NCBI GenBank assembly: GCA_965216325.1
Contig: OZ244160.1
Span: 448,001 to 512,000 of the forward strand
Direction: 5' to 3'
DNA from: Coraliomargarita sp.
GTDB taxonomy: Bacteria > Verrucomicrobiota > Verrucomicrobiia > Opitutales > Coraliomargaritaceae
DNA: 64,000 nt
The stretch's first letter is position 1; each line of letters begins with the position of its first letter. The position numbers were made by a program, and so were the translations under genes. Below the pieces are notes generated by a model. That model did not search any database. It was not told the origin of the DNA and saw only the letters and a list, made by a program, of their open reading frames with translations. Positions 9,294-19,800 of the stretch are shown piece after piece.

Positions 9294-11525
9294 ATGATTA
9301 AGAAAAAAAGACTCGTGACACTACTGGCAACGGCAGCCCTGATGGGCGCAGGCTTTGTTATGGGGGCTCCGACACCTAATATAGTTCATATATTTACAGA
9401 TGACCTTGGGCAGCAGGATGTGGAGTGCTATCGCGGCGGTCGCGGATCGCTCTACGAAACCCCCAATATGAATAAGCTGGCGGCGAACGGCATGCGTTTT
9501 ACCCATGCTTATTCGCCCTCTCCGACTTGTGCGCCCTCAAGGTCTGCATTCATGACGGGGCAGTATGGCCCCCGCAATGGGATTTTACATGTCATGGGTG
9601 GCCTGTTGCCACGGCCCTTGGCTCCGCACTACAATCACATCGCCCCGTTTTACTCATGCCGTATCCCGGTCGATGCCAATACCATTGCGCGCACGCTGAG
9701 TCAGGCTGGCTACATCACAGGCCACATCAAGAAAATGCATGTTGGAGGCCGCGGAGGAGGCTATCCCTATCCGCTAACCTACGGTTTTGATTTCAGTTGG
9801 GGAGCGCACCGGGACTACAACGACCCGGAGTTGTGGGATCCAAAAATGAAGAACAAGTTAGAGTATGAAAATGGCTTGTGGCTTCCGATGCGCCCGAATC
9901 GCCTGCACGGCTTTGCGACTTCGGAGCCCGACGATCCCTTCCGTACGGATCCGAATGATGATGACCGTCCTTTCGACGGCACCGTCGACTTGTCCCTGCG
10001 TTGGATGGAAAAGGTGCGGCATGGGGATCAACCCTTTTTCCTGAACTACTGCACGTCTCTGGTGCATGGCCCAGTCAGTGCCCGCGACCGCAAACGCTTC
10101 GAACACTATTGCAAAAAACTGGGGATCCCGGTGCCCACCAAGCTGGGGTCGATGAACAAAACGAATTCCGGCCAGCTGAACCCGTACTACGCCACCATGG
10201 TCGATACAACCGACTGGATTGTGGGGAAACTGGTCGGCTATTTGGAAGAGACGGACGATCCACGTAACCCGGGACACAAACTCATTGAGAACACCTATGT
10301 CATCCTGAGCACGGATAACGGGGGCTGTACCGCGATACCTGCGAAGACGGAGTCCGGCGGGGTTGAACACGAACAAATTACAGATAATGCCCCCCTGCGC
10401 GAAGGGAAACAAACCCTGTACGAGGGGGGGGTGCGCATCCCGTTCATCGTCCGTGGTCCCAACATCAAGAACGGCTCCGTCTCCAGTGCCATCGTGTCGC
10501 TTATCGATCTCTATCCCACTTTTATGTCCATCGCTGGAATCGATCCGGATCCTGCGCTTGAGTTGGATGGCTGTGACATCCTGCCCGTGCTCCACGGTGC
10601 GGACAAAGCACCTCGTTTTACTGACGGTACGCCTAGAAAATCACTTTATTTCCACTACCCGGTCGAAACTCCCATGGCGAGTGCCATCCGTAAGGAAAAC
10701 TGGAAGCTTTATCTCAACATCGGCCCGGGGGTGAATCACAATCCGAAAATAGAGCTGTTCAAACTGACCAATGAAGATGGCTCCGACTGCGACGTGAGCG
10801 AAAAGAATAACCTGGCGGACACAGAATCCGCCAAAGCGGCAGAGCTCCTTGGCGATCTTGAAGCTTGGTTGACCGAACAGGATGCGGCCATGCCCTATAA
10901 AAATCCTGAATACAATGGCGCATTGGAAGGCAAAGATCAGGTCGCAACGGTCGCATCGCGTGGAAGTGATGGAGCAACAGTCTATGTGACGGTAGACACC
11001 GAAGGTGGCAAGGCGCCGATCGAAAGCGCAATCCTCCTGTATACAACGAATGGGAGTGATTTTCTTCGCTCGAACTCCGGATCCGAAGAGTGGTTTCAGG
11101 CACCTGCCGTAGTCAAGGGCAACCGCATCGAAGCCAAAGCCCCTCCGGGAATGACGCATGGAGTCTTTTACCTGCGTGATACCAACAGTTTCCTAATCAC
11201 TTCAGAGCCACTTCCACCAGTGAGTGAGGTGAATTACAGCCACAAGGACTCGACGTATCTTAAGCACGCCTATTTCTATCAACCTGGCTTGATCTCGATG
11301 ATCCAGTGCGGGGAGTCGGCTTTAGCCAATGCCACGAAGCAAGCATTGGAGGTCACTGCCCTAACAGCCGCGCTGCAACATGCTAAGCAGATCGCAGACA
11401 CTCCTGTGAGTGAAGAACCCTATGCCAAGGCGATACGGCAGGTGCGCAAAGAAATCCGAGCATTAAAGGGCATCCCCGAGGCTGAACTAGAAGTTCTGAA
11501 TTATTTCCCTGTCACCGATTGGTAG
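9294..11525 (+). CDS. Sulfatase (formylglycine-dependent S1 family) with C-terminal extension
   Basis: Signal peptide from ATG 9294, PNIVHIFTDDLG, CAPSR motif, STDNGG, GKQTLYEGGVRIPFIV. Confidence 0.93.
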   Translation: MIKKKRLVTLLATAALMGAGFVMGAPTPNIVHIFTDDLGQQDVECYRGGRGSLYETPNMNKLAANGMRFTHAYSPSPTCAPSRSAFMTGQYGPRNGILHVMGGLLPRPLAPHYNHIAPFYSCRIPVDANTIARTLSQAGYITGHIKKMHVGGRGGGYPYPLTYGFDFSWGAHRDYNDPELWDPKMKNKLEYENGLWLPMRPNRLHGFATSEPDDPFRTDPNDDDRPFDGTVDLSLRWMEKVRHGDQPFFLNYCTSLVHGPVSARDRKRFEHYCKKLGIPVPTKLGSMNKTNSGQLNPYYATMVDTTDWIVGKLVGYLEETDDPRNPGHKLIENTYVILSTDNGGCTAIPAKTESGGVEHEQITDNAPLREGKQTLYEGGVRIPFIVRGPNIKNGSVSSAIVSLIDLYPTFMSIAGIDPDPALELDGCDILPVLHGADKAPRFTDGTPRKSLYFHYPVETPMASAIRKENWKLYLNIGPGVNHNPKIELFKLTNEDGSDCDVSEKNNLADTESAKAAELLGDLEAWLTEQDAAMPYKNPEYNGALEGKDQVATVASRGSDGATVYVTVDTEGGKAPIESAILLYTTNGSDFLRSNSGSEEWFQAPAVVKGNRIEAKAPPGMTHGVFYLRDTNSFLITSEPLPPVSEVNYSHKDSTYLKHAYFYQPGLISMIQCGESALANATKQALEVTALTAALQHAKQIADTPVSEEPYAKAIRQVRKEIRALKGIPEAELEVLNYFPVTDW

Positions 11526-11577
11526 GTCACTATTTACTATTAAAAATATAATTAGCAAATTTATTAAAAAACACACA

Positions 11578-13803
11578 ATGAAGACGTACTTAAAAACTCT
11601 CTTATCGGCAGTGTGCATCGCTGCAGCTTCGCAATGCGCGAATGCCGATCAGAATTTCACCCAGTTTACAGGGCCAGGTCTGGACTACACTACTTGGAAC
11701 GGAGCCTTGCTCATCGGTCCAGGTCACTCGCTATGGGGCATGCGAGTCGGTTATTTGAAGGGCGATAAGCTCGTGACTGGTCAGGAAATTACAAACGAAG
11801 TCGCCAGAGCCGGAGCGTACGATTCGAATCGCTCCTATGCCGATCTCGATCTAACCAACTACACGATTCGCTGGGCGAAGCATGGTCCTAATACGATGCT
11901 AGCTGAAGTGACCGCAGAAAAAGACCTTGCGCTTGTCGCCGAAGTCTATCCCGCTCACCAGAATATGGCGAACGTGGAAGTGCCTTGGCCGATTCATAAC
12001 CCCGCTCAAATGCAAGTCAGCCCTGAGGGCATCATCACCGGCACTAGCCGGCATATTGATACCGTTGCAGGCCATACCCGTATTACGGGGGGCAATGCCG
12101 AGTTTGACAATCGTTCGGTTAGCATTGCTCCGGTAGAGAAAGGGCTCGATCACTTGCGCATGGAAACATTTCCCAAGCCTGCTGAATCCTTGGATTCCGA
12201 GGCGTGCAAGGCAAGGGGCTTTAGCCATGACGGGCGTAACCGTTCCTGCGCGATCATCCATGCCAAGAAAGGTCAGAAGGTCTATCTCGCGGTATCTGTC
12301 TCGGACGGCGTGGTCGAGCCCCTGAACCTCGATGAGGCTGCGATCAAGAAGGCGATCGACGCCGCACAAGCAAACTACCTGAGCAGCAGAATGCATGGCA
12401 CTGGTAATTTGGGGCTCTGCGCAGAGCCGATGATCAATGAAATCCTGTGGACCTCCACCTACAACCCCTTTGAAAAGAAAGTGTTCATTCCCGCAGGGCG
12501 CCCATGGATGGGGGACGGCCGTTATAACCTCTGGGGCTGGGACGAGAGCTTCTGTGCGGCAGTAGTATCACTGGCGTCGGATGAGATCGCCGAGATCAAT
12601 GTGGTGCTCGCCAATGCGGACGACCGGATCGGCCCCTACGCGGGTTGGTATGTTTATAGCAAACACGGCAACCTCGACGTGTTGAAGAATAATTACCCCG
12701 TCTACAAGGGCATGTACCCGCCCGACAATGCCGAGCTGGTGAAATGTGGCAATGACTGGAATGCCGAAGTCGGACGCGGCATGGATGACACACCCATGCG
12801 TGAGCACTGGCTGAAGCTCGGCGTGATGTATTCACTGGATATGTCCTCCATGAAAGCGTGGAACCTGGAACTACTCGCCAAGATGGCCAAAGAGCTTGGA
12901 AAGGACGAAGAGGCCAAGCAATATCAGGCCAGCTACCAAGCGCTCGCTCAAAAAATCAATGACACCTTTTGGAATGAAGAGGCCGGGATTTACCGGAACC
13001 GCTATGTGTCAGGCAAGTGGCCGGTCACCGAAAGCCCGACTTCATTCTACCCATGGCTGGCGGGCGTGGTCGATGCCGAGCGCTCAGAAAGGTTGCTGGC
13101 CACCCTGATGGATGAATCCAAATTCTGGGGCGAATATGTGATCCCCTCGCTCGCCAAGGATGACCCTCAATATGGGAAAGTGGCGGAGCATAAACATGAC
13201 AACAGAATATTTCCTGCCTTCTGTTACTGGCGCGGCAATATCTGGCCACCGTCCAATTACCTGGTCTACGAAGGCCTCAAGCGGGCAGGGCACGACATGG
13301 CGGCCGCTGCCTATGCCGAGAAATCCGTCAAAATGTGGCATGACAACTGGCTGGTCACCGGCGGCTTCCCTGAGAACTATCACCCGGAAACCGGCAAGCG
13401 CTCGGAAATGGCGCACAAACATCAGACCTGGACTACCTTGTTCACCATGGTGGGAGTCAAGGAGCTGATTGATGTTGAGATCTGGTCCGATCCAAATGCG
13501 CTGCGTTTTGGCACCATGTCCAAAGGCGATAATGCGATCTACAACTACCATCACCGCGGCCACCGCTACGACTTGGAAATCAGCGCCGACGGCTTGACCG
13601 TCAAAAAAGATGGCAAGCCATTGCTGACCACCTCCTCCGATCAGTGCGTGATTCGCGACTTCATCTGCGCCGACGGCCAAGTCTCCTGCGTGGTTGAAAG
13701 CGTGAAAGCGCAGGACATCAAATTCTACGGTGCACCAAACACCAAGCCACTGAATTTCAAAGCCGCTGCCGGAACCACTCAAGTATCGCTAAGCTGGGAC
13801 TGA
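11578..13803 (+). CDS. Secreted GH63/MGH1-like (alpha/alpha)6 glycoside hydrolase
   Basis: Signal peptide; motifs WGWD, GMDDTP, YWRGNIWPPSNY, FPENY. Confidence 0.8.
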   Translation: MKTYLKTLLSAVCIAAASQCANADQNFTQFTGPGLDYTTWNGALLIGPGHSLWGMRVGYLKGDKLVTGQEITNEVARAGAYDSNRSYADLDLTNYTIRWAKHGPNTMLAEVTAEKDLALVAEVYPAHQNMANVEVPWPIHNPAQMQVSPEGIITGTSRHIDTVAGHTRITGGNAEFDNRSVSIAPVEKGLDHLRMETFPKPAESLDSEACKARGFSHDGRNRSCAIIHAKKGQKVYLAVSVSDGVVEPLNLDEAAIKKAIDAAQANYLSSRMHGTGNLGLCAEPMINEILWTSTYNPFEKKVFIPAGRPWMGDGRYNLWGWDESFCAAVVSLASDEIAEINVVLANADDRIGPYAGWYVYSKHGNLDVLKNNYPVYKGMYPPDNAELVKCGNDWNAEVGRGMDDTPMREHWLKLGVMYSLDMSSMKAWNLELLAKMAKELGKDEEAKQYQASYQALAQKINDTFWNEEAGIYRNRYVSGKWPVTESPTSFYPWLAGVVDAERSERLLATLMDESKFWGEYVIPSLAKDDPQYGKVAEHKHDNRIFPAFCYWRGNIWPPSNYLVYEGLKRAGHDMAAAAYAEKSVKMWHDNWLVTGGFPENYHPETGKRSEMAHKHQTWTTLFTMVGVKELIDVEIWSDPNALRFGTMSKGDNAIYNYHHRGHRYDLEISADGLTVKKDGKPLLTTSSDQCVIRDFICADGQVSCVVESVKAQDIKFYGAPNTKPLNFKAAAGTTQVSLSWD

Positions 13804-13810
13804 CAATCTG

Positions 13811-13863
13811 GTCAACACGGTCAATTGACCGTGTTGACGGCATTGTTTTTTTTTTGCTAGACT
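13811..13863 (+). promoter_or_regulatory. Perfect 28-bp palindrome GTCAACACGGTCAATTGACCGTGTTGAC overlapping -35 TTGACG, with T10 spacer tract and extended -10 TGcTAGACT
   Basis: Read directly; upstream of PEP-CTERM gene 13940. Confidence 0.75.
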
Positions 13864-13939
13864 GTTATCTACTGTTATCTACAGTTGCGAAGATGAATTG
13901 AATCTTCGGCCTTGTAAATCAAACCCCTGAAAACAAAAT

Positions 13940-14689
13940 ATGCCTACTAAACATCTAATTACACTCTCTCTCGCAACTATCGGCCTCGCCACGGTTTCGA
14001 ATGCGGCAAGTATCGGGTTGAATTTCGTCGACGGACGTAGCGGACTAGATCCCCAGTCGATCGGTGCAGCCGAAAGCGCCGGTGTCGTTTCGCAAGTGAA
14101 CTGGAACAATACCAACGCGGAGGGTGCTGACGTATCCGCAGGATTTACCAGAACCACGTTGGATATCGCCAGCCCGATCGCCGACACACTTGTCGATAAT
14201 ACAGGCGTCGATAGCGGAGCGACGGTATCGTGGTTTGCATCGAGCACATGGTCGCCAGTCTCCGCAGGGACAGACGGCGACGGTGCTTTGATGTCGGATT
14301 TCCTGCAACCCGCTAACGGAACAGCGTCAGTGACCTTTAGCGACCTTACTTACGATACCTACGACGTGTATCTGTATTTTGGTCGTGGACAATATGCTAA
14401 TATTAATGGCGACACAACAGCCGACATCTCGATCGGCGCGACCACCAAGACCGTTACGATGTCCGGCGAGGGCACTGGTTTTGCGGGATTCGTCGAAGAT
14501 GTAAACTACGTCCGCTTTTCCGGCGTGACCGGTTCCAGCTTTACTGCATCGTTTGATCATATCAGTGGTAGCTTCACAGCGGGCATCAAGGGCATTCAGG
14601 TCGTCGCCGTCCCCGAGCCCTCTACTGCAGCGCTCCTTGCTGGTTGCCTCGGGCTAGGCCACGTAATGATGCGTCGTCGCCGCCGATAA
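13940..14689 (+). CDS. PEP-CTERM protein
   Basis: Signal peptide; C-terminal VPEPSTAALLAGCLGLGHVMMRRRRR. Confidence 0.92.
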   Translation: MPTKHLITLSLATIGLATVSNAASIGLNFVDGRSGLDPQSIGAAESAGVVSQVNWNNTNAEGADVSAGFTRTTLDIASPIADTLVDNTGVDSGATVSWFASSTWSPVSAGTDGDGALMSDFLQPANGTASVTFSDLTYDTYDVYLYFGRGQYANINGDTTADISIGATTKTVTMSGEGTGFAGFVEDVNYVRFSGVTGSSFTASFDHISGSFTAGIKGIQVVAVPEPSTAALLAGCLGLGHVMMRRRRR

Positions 14690-14733
14690 TTTTTCATATT
14701 AAGGGATAATATATAATAGGGATATATAGGGTA

Positions 14734-14768
14734 AAGCCCCTCGCAGTTCAGCTGTGAGGGGCTTTTTT
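14734..14768 (+). terminator. Intrinsic terminator (identical copy at ~16188-16222)
   Basis: aaagcccctcgcag-ttcag-ctgtgaggggc followed by a T run. Confidence 0.8.
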
Positions 14769-14982
14769 TGTGGTATGCGATTAAGCGCAAAGCGTCTTGA
14801 GCCCGATTTATGCAATAGGATGAGCAAGTTGCGCGGCAAGTGCAGCCGAGGGAACGTATAAACCTGGTGTGAATGGCACTCGTTTAAGGCCATGTATCGT
14901 ATGGGGCAGGCGATCTCCGTGCCTTGTAAGTTCTGCACGGGTAACCGGAATCGATAAGAGGGGCGCTGAAAAGGAGGAGTTG

Positions 14983-15136
14983 AACCGTTAATGGACGTTA
15001 ATGAACGTTAATTTTTCATGTGGATGGGCTTGATTTGAATGAGTGCAATAAATCAACAGCATTGATACGTCATTCGGAATCTCTCACCAGAATGACGAGT
15101 CCTCTGATTAACGTTCATTCACGTTCATTGACGGTT
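14983..15136. repeat. Inverted repeat built from 9-bp-period units (copy at 16437-16590; related elements at 20054-20155 and 20463-20556)
   Basis: aaccgttaatggacgttaatgaacgttaat ... attaacgttcattcacgttcattgacggtt. Confidence 0.7.
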
Positions 15137-15148
15137 AAAAAAAGCAGA

Positions 15149-15212
15149 GTGTTTTTAGTGTTTTTAGGGACAGGCTATAAAAGTGTTTTTAGGGACAGGC
15201 TATAAAAAGAGC
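15149..15212 (+). repeat. Junction repeat GTGTTTTTAGGGACAGGCTATAA, copies at 15158 and 15183
   Basis: Direct repeats; the second copy is joined directly to a duplicated piece of the GH63 gene 3' end. Confidence 0.85.
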
Positions 15213-15213
15213 C

Positions 15214-15348
15214 CCGACGGCCAGGTCTCCTGCGTGGTTGAAAGCGTGAAAGCGCAGGACATCAAATTCTACGGTGCACCAAACACCAAGCCACTGAATT
15301 TTAAAGCCGCTGCCGGAACCACTCAAGTATCGCTAAGCTGGGACTGAC
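15214..15348 (+). pseudogene. Duplicated 3' fragment of the GH63-like gene (copy of 13670-13804)
   Basis: Near-identical sequence ccgacggcca...gctaagctgggactgac. Confidence 0.85.
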
Positions 15349-15358
15349 CCTCGGGGCA

Positions 15359-15408
15359 ACACGGTCAATTGACCGTGTTGACGGCATTGTTTTTTTTTTT
15401 GCTAGACT
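15359..15408 (+). promoter_or_regulatory. Palindrome ACACGGTCAATTGACCGTGT with -35 TTGACG, T11 tract and -10 TAGACT
   Basis: Copy of the 13815 promoter with one extra T. Confidence 0.75.
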
Positions 15409-15474
15409 GTTATCTACAGTTGCGAAGATGAATCGAATCTTCGGCCTTATAAATCAAACCCCTGAAAACAAAAT

Positions 15475-16143
15475 ATGCCTACTAAGCATCTAATTACACT
15501 CTCTCTCGCAACTATCGGCCTCGCTGCCGGTGAGGCTAACGCTGCGACCATCACCTGGCAAACGCCCGTGAGCGTATCCGGTGACGGGACCGCCGACATC
15601 GACAACACAGGGACACTCGAGTACGCCTATCAGTACGGGGCGTTCAGCGGTGCGCTGACCATTGACGGCGTAACCTTCGCCGATGTCAGCGATACAACTG
15701 CATCTGGAGGAACAAACTTTACGACCGCAGTTGACGCGGGGCAGCAAGGCGACATCGGCGAGGTCGCCGGCACCACAGGCGACTACCAAACACTACTCAG
15801 GCAAAACACATATGAAGCAAACAATCAAACCCCCTGGACATTGCAGGGGCTGACAAATGGCCAGGACTACCTTGTACAGTTCTGGGTCGCCGATATTCGC
15901 TACGACGATACTCAGGTTCAAACCATTGCCGGTGGCGCGAATACAACCGAGGACATCTCCATTAAGACCGGCCAATATGTGATCGGCACGTTCACTGCCG
16001 ATGCCACGACGCAGCAGGTCTCTTTCAGCGGCGACATCCTCAACGCTATGCAGCTGCGGTCGGTCCCCGAGCCCTCTACTGCAGCGCTCCTTGCTGGTTG
16101 CCTCGGGCTAGGCCACGTAATGATGCGTCGTCGCCGCCGATAA
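15475..16143 (+). CDS. PEP-CTERM protein
   Basis: Same signal-peptide start and same VPEP tail as gene 13940, different middle. Confidence 0.92.
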   Translation: MPTKHLITLSLATIGLAAGEANAATITWQTPVSVSGDGTADIDNTGTLEYAYQYGAFSGALTIDGVTFADVSDTTASGGTNFTTAVDAGQQGDIGEVAGTTGDYQTLLRQNTYEANNQTPWTLQGLTNGQDYLVQFWVADIRYDDTQVQTIAGGANTTEDISIKTGQYVIGTFTADATTQQVSFSGDILNAMQLRSVPEPSTAALLAGCLGLGHVMMRRRRR

Positions 16144-16602
16144 TTTTTCATATTAAGGGATAATATATAATAGGGATATATAGGGTAAAGCCCCTCGCAG
16201 TTCAGCTGTGAGGGGCTTTTTTTGTGGTATGCGATTAAGCGCAAAGCGTCTTGAGCCCGATTTATGCAATAGGATGAGCAAGTTGCGCGGCAAGTGCAGC
16301 CGAGGGAACGTATAAACCTGGTGTGAATGGCACTCGTTTAAGGCCATGTATCGTATGGGGCAGGCGATCTCCGTGCCTTGTAAGTTCTGCACGGGTAACC
16401 GGAATCGATAAGAGGGGCGCTGAAAAGGAGGAGTTGAACCGTTAATGGACGTTAATGAACGTTAATTTTTCATGTGGATGGGCTTGATTTGAATGAGTGC
16501 AATAAATCAACAGCATTGATACGTCATTCGGAATCTCTCACCAGAATGACGAGTCCTCTGATTAACGTTCATTCACGTTCATTGACGGTTAAAAAAAGCA
16601 GA

Positions 16603-17110
16603 GTGTTTTTAGTGTTTTTAGGGACAGGCTATAATAATACCGATAATAATACCGATTCGCAAAGGTTTGACCTGATAGGCACCACCCCGTCTCGCTTTGC
16701 GATCCACCCCTCCTCGTCAAGGAGGGGAGCTAAAGAAGCTCCTCCCCTGCGAAGGGGAGGTCATCCCGCTAGCGGGATGGGAGGGGTATTTTAGCCCAGG
16801 AGTGTTTTTAGGGACAGGAGTGTTTTTAGGGACAAAGTGTTTTTAGGGACAGGCTATAATAATACCGATAATAATACCGATTCGCAAAGGTTTGACCTGA
16901 TAGGCACCACCCCGTCTCGCTTTGCGATCCACCCCTCCTCGTCAAGGAGGGGAGCTAAAGAAGCTCCTCCCCTGCGAAGGGGAGGTCATCCCGCTAGCGG
17001 GATGGGAGGGGTATTTTAGCCCAGGAGTGTTTTTAGGGACAGGAGTGTTTTTAGGGACAGGAGTGTTTTTAGGGACAGAGTGTTTTTAGGGACAGGCTAT
17101 AAAAAGAGTC
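16603..17110 (+). repeat. Cluster of 8 junction repeats (16612, 16802, 16820, 16837, 17027, 17045, 17063, 17080) enclosing two truncated MITE copies; 225-bp tandem duplication
   Basis: Tandem agtgtttttagggacagg units; 16612-16836 is repeated at 16837-17061. Confidence 0.85.
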
Positions 17111-17296
17111 CGGCCTTTTTTGGTTCTTCGTCAATTCATCGAGCATCTTCAACATTTCACCGTGCGGATAATTGCCGACCGAGGTGTAAGCTCCATGGCC
17201 CTTTAAGGATGGCAAAGACGTCAAACGGTCCAACACTTCATATCCGAACTTAGATTCCACCATCTCAAGGAATTCTGTGAACACCAAACCTTTCAT
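17111..17296 (-). pseudogene. Truncated heme NO-binding (H-NOX/HNOB) domain gene
   Basis: MKGLVFTEFLEMVESKFG..GAYTSVGNYPHGEM is a typical H-NOX N-terminus; it breaks off after ~57 aa just before the junction repeat. Confidence 0.8.
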
Positions 17297-17674
17297 GAGG
17301 ACTGAGGCTATTGTAGTTTTTACAGGTTGAAGCGCGTCGGATGCTGTAATTTTTACACAAACACGATGGAGAACCGCTAGATAGAATTAGATAAAAAAAC
17401 CTCATATGCCTGCATATCAGCTACTTGGGTGATAATAAAACAAAATTGGCATGGCGCATGATATAAGTCTAGCATGGCCAAAACTACTCCTACCCCGATC
17501 TCTGCGATTCCGCATATTGTCCAAGCGTCGGCATCATTGATGGTGACTCCACAGCAGCCGCATTAATGCGATTCGTTCCTCCTTGTTGCTAATATATTGT
17601 AAATTGCAACGTAATTGTCAGGTCTACGACCTGAAAATACAAAACACGACACTACACCCCCAATGCCCAAAAAA

Positions 17675-18457
17675 ATGAAATCAAACTATAAAATCAACCT
17701 GACCGCCGCCACTCTGATCGCGCTAGGTTCCTTCGCATCCGTTCGTGCTGCTGTTGTCACTTGGGACGGCGATGCAGCGGACGGACAATGGGGCACCGCC
17801 ACGAACTGGGACAGTGATGCTGCACCCGCGGCTGGCGACGACGTGAACATTGCGAACGGGGATGCCGTCAATATTACCGGAAACATTCTGGCAAGTGGTC
17901 TCAACATCACCCTCAGCGGTGGCTCGAATTTATCGTATACAGGTATTAGTGGTGCTTTTCAGTTTAACTTGAATGGTGCCACGATTGCAGTCGGCTCAGG
18001 CTCTACCCTTAACGGCGGGACTACTAGAATGTGGGGCACTTCCAAACTGGTCTTCGATGACGGGGCAGATTTTAACGGCACTATGGAGTTCAGGGACTTT
18101 AGTGATGATGGCCCTGACTTACAGTTTAATCTCGGAGCAACCGGCTTCACGACCGTTGAAGCTGGTGGCTTGGGGTTCTGGTCTGGCGATAACTTATCAA
18201 TTGTGGACTTCACCGTCGACCTTACGAACTACTCCGGCGGAGCGGATACGATCACCCTGATCGACTGGAATGGTAGCGGTAGCGCGAGTCAAGCCTTGCT
18301 CGATGCTGCCACTCAAACCTTCATCGGGGGATCTGCTAATCTTTTATGGGATGATGCTAACAATGCCATCCAGCTGAGTATCGTCCCCGAGCCCGGCACC
18401 TATGCGCTGCTGGCTGGCCTGACAGGCCTCGTCTTCGTAATGATACGTCGCCGCTAG
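17675..18457 (+). CDS. PEP-CTERM protein (VTWDG..WGTATNW family)
   Basis: MKSNYKINLTAATL signal peptide matching gene 41441; tail VPEPGTYALLAGLTGLVFVMIRRR. Confidence 0.9.
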   Translation: MKSNYKINLTAATLIALGSFASVRAAVVTWDGDAADGQWGTATNWDSDAAPAAGDDVNIANGDAVNITGNILASGLNITLSGGSNLSYTGISGAFQFNLNGATIAVGSGSTLNGGTTRMWGTSKLVFDDGADFNGTMEFRDFSDDGPDLQFNLGATGFTTVEAGGLGFWSGDNLSIVDFTVDLTNYSGGADTITLIDWNGSGSASQALLDAATQTFIGGSANLLWDDANNAIQLSIVPEPGTYALLAGLTGLVFVMIRRR

Positions 18458-18544
18458 GTTCTGAGCTTATTTTCGAATGCTAGTCGATTCGAAGGGCTGC
18501 AAGGTGACGGAATGATTTTTTCATATAGGGTTACCTATTAGGGT

Positions 18545-18577
18545 AAAGGCCGCGCTTGGGGAGCGCGGCCTTTTTTT
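18545..18577 (+). terminator. Intrinsic terminator (copy at ~19889-19921)
   Basis: aaaggccgcgct-tgggg-agcgcggcc followed by a T run. Confidence 0.8.
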
Positions 18578-18704
18578 GGTTCTTCGTCAATTATCGTGAA
18601 AGGGATAGCAAGGAAGCGGGATTGAAGTTCATAGAGCTTCTTCGAGATTTTCAGTGGATGCGTGCACTGTTAGGCGTTGAAGGCCTTCTGAGGGCACAGA
18701 GCAC

Positions 18705-18975
18705 CCAAGGGGGTGGGTGGTTTAAATAACTCCTTCCCGGCAGGGAAGGTGGATCGTGACTTGTCCGCCGTAGCTCGACACGTCCGCCGTAGCTTCTGAG
18801 CGAAGGAGGAAGAGCGAAGGAGGAAGCGAGACGGCATGCGCGCCGTAGCCTTGGCGTAGGAGTGAAGGGTTCTCTGACCGAGCCTAGGCAGATTTTTGCT
18901 CCGGCTGGCTCAAATAACAGTAAAAACCCCTCCGTCCCCGCAGACGGGGCCACCTCCCCTTCGCAGGGGAGGAGC
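18705..18975. repeat. REP-like palindromic cluster (gtccgccgtagc..gcgaaggagga units and cctcccc hairpins); related inverted unit near 20690-20722
   Basis: Repeated GC-rich hairpin units in intergenic DNA. Confidence 0.5.
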
Positions 18976-19020
18976 TATTAATTGCCCAATAATCACGTAA
19001 AATGGAAGATTCAAAGATGT

Positions 19021-19051
19021 GTGTTTTTAGGGGCAGGCTATAAAAAGAGTC
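19021..19051 (+). repeat. Junction repeat copy GTGTTTTTAGGGGCAGGCTATAAAAAGAGTC
   Basis: Joined to a ~19-bp copy of the GH63 3' end (tcgctaagctgggactgac). Confidence 0.8.
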
Positions 19052-19079
19052 GCTAAGCTGGGACTGACCCCTCGGGGCG

Positions 19080-19126
19080 ACACGGTCAATTGACCGTGTT
19101 GACGGAATTCCTTTTTCTGCTACTAT
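19080..19126 (+). promoter_or_regulatory. Palindrome ACACGGTCAATTGACCGTGT with -35 TTGACG and TGcTACTAT
   Basis: Upstream of PEP-CTERM gene 19195. Confidence 0.75.
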
Positions 19127-19194
19127 GAATGAGATTTTAGATTAATAAGGTTGTTATCGCCCTAAAATACAAAACCCGATAAATATATTAAAAT

Positions 19195-19800
19195 ATGAAA
19201 AAATTACACACCCTTACAGTAATCGCAGCCTTCGGCCTCAGCGCCCTCTCGGCCCAAGCGTCCATCGTCCTGCCTGACGCTGGAAACTCAGTTACTTTTG
19301 AGGCAGAAGCCTATGATGCGGAATCGGGCACTGTAATTGTAGCCGATGCTACTAATGCATCAGGTGGCTTTTATGTCGACAGCCTTGCTGCCTCGGCGGC
19401 TGGTGGTGGTAATGGTGACTTTATCAGCTTTAACATCAGTAACCTAGACACCGCGCTGACTTATGAAATTACTTTTAATTACCGTAATAACTCCAACGTC
19501 GGAGATAAGTCTACGGAGTGGGAATTTTATGGAGTGACGGGTGGCTCCACTTACACATTGCTAACGTCGATCGTTGCTCCATCTACCGGTGCTTGGAGTG
19601 GTCCTTTTTTCGAAGCGCCCACATCTACTGGCTTCAATATCGCTGCAGGCACGACCGCCATTCAGGTGGAAAACCTTACTGCTGGTAACTTTTCTCACCT
19701 TGACTCTTTCACGATTTCGGCGATCCCCGAGCCCGGCACCTATGCGCTGCTGGCTGGCCTGACAGGCCTCGTCTTCGTAATGATACGTCGCCGCCGCTAG
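19195..19800 (+). CDS. PEP-CTERM protein with a CBM6/CBM35-like domain
   Basis: VTFEAEAY..NASGGFYV..GDFISFNI..SHLDSFTI; tail IPEPGTYALLAGLTGLVFVMIRRRR shared with gene 17675. Confidence 0.88.
   Translation: MKKLHTLTVIAAFGLSALSAQASIVLPDAGNSVTFEAEAYDAESGTVIVADATNASGGFYVDSLAASAAGGGNGDFISFNISNLDTALTYEITFNYRNNSNVGDKSTEWEFYGVTGGSTYTLLTSIVAPSTGAWSGPFFEAPTSTGFNIAAGTTAIQVENLTAGNFSHLDSFTISAIPEPGTYALLAGLTGLVFVMIRRRR

Noticed and set aside
13811..13838. Palindrome family as terminators or REP elements
   Set aside because: No consistent T tail directly after the stem. Position is fixed against -35 boxes upstream of genes, which fits an operator better.
14871..14890. IS4-like end gaatggcactcgtttaag (copy at ~16325)
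   Set aside because: It resembles the end at ~42740, but no transposase sequence or partner end was found; left uncalled.
16603..17110. CRISPR array
   Set aside because: Spacers are 0-1 bp or ~165 bp and duplicated rather than unique and uniform; no cas genes or leader.
17345..17465. Sigma-54 promoter (ttggcatggcgcatga) with an upstream tgtaatttttaca enhancer
   Set aside because: The -12 element is a poor match and there is no convincing downstream gene; too weak to call.
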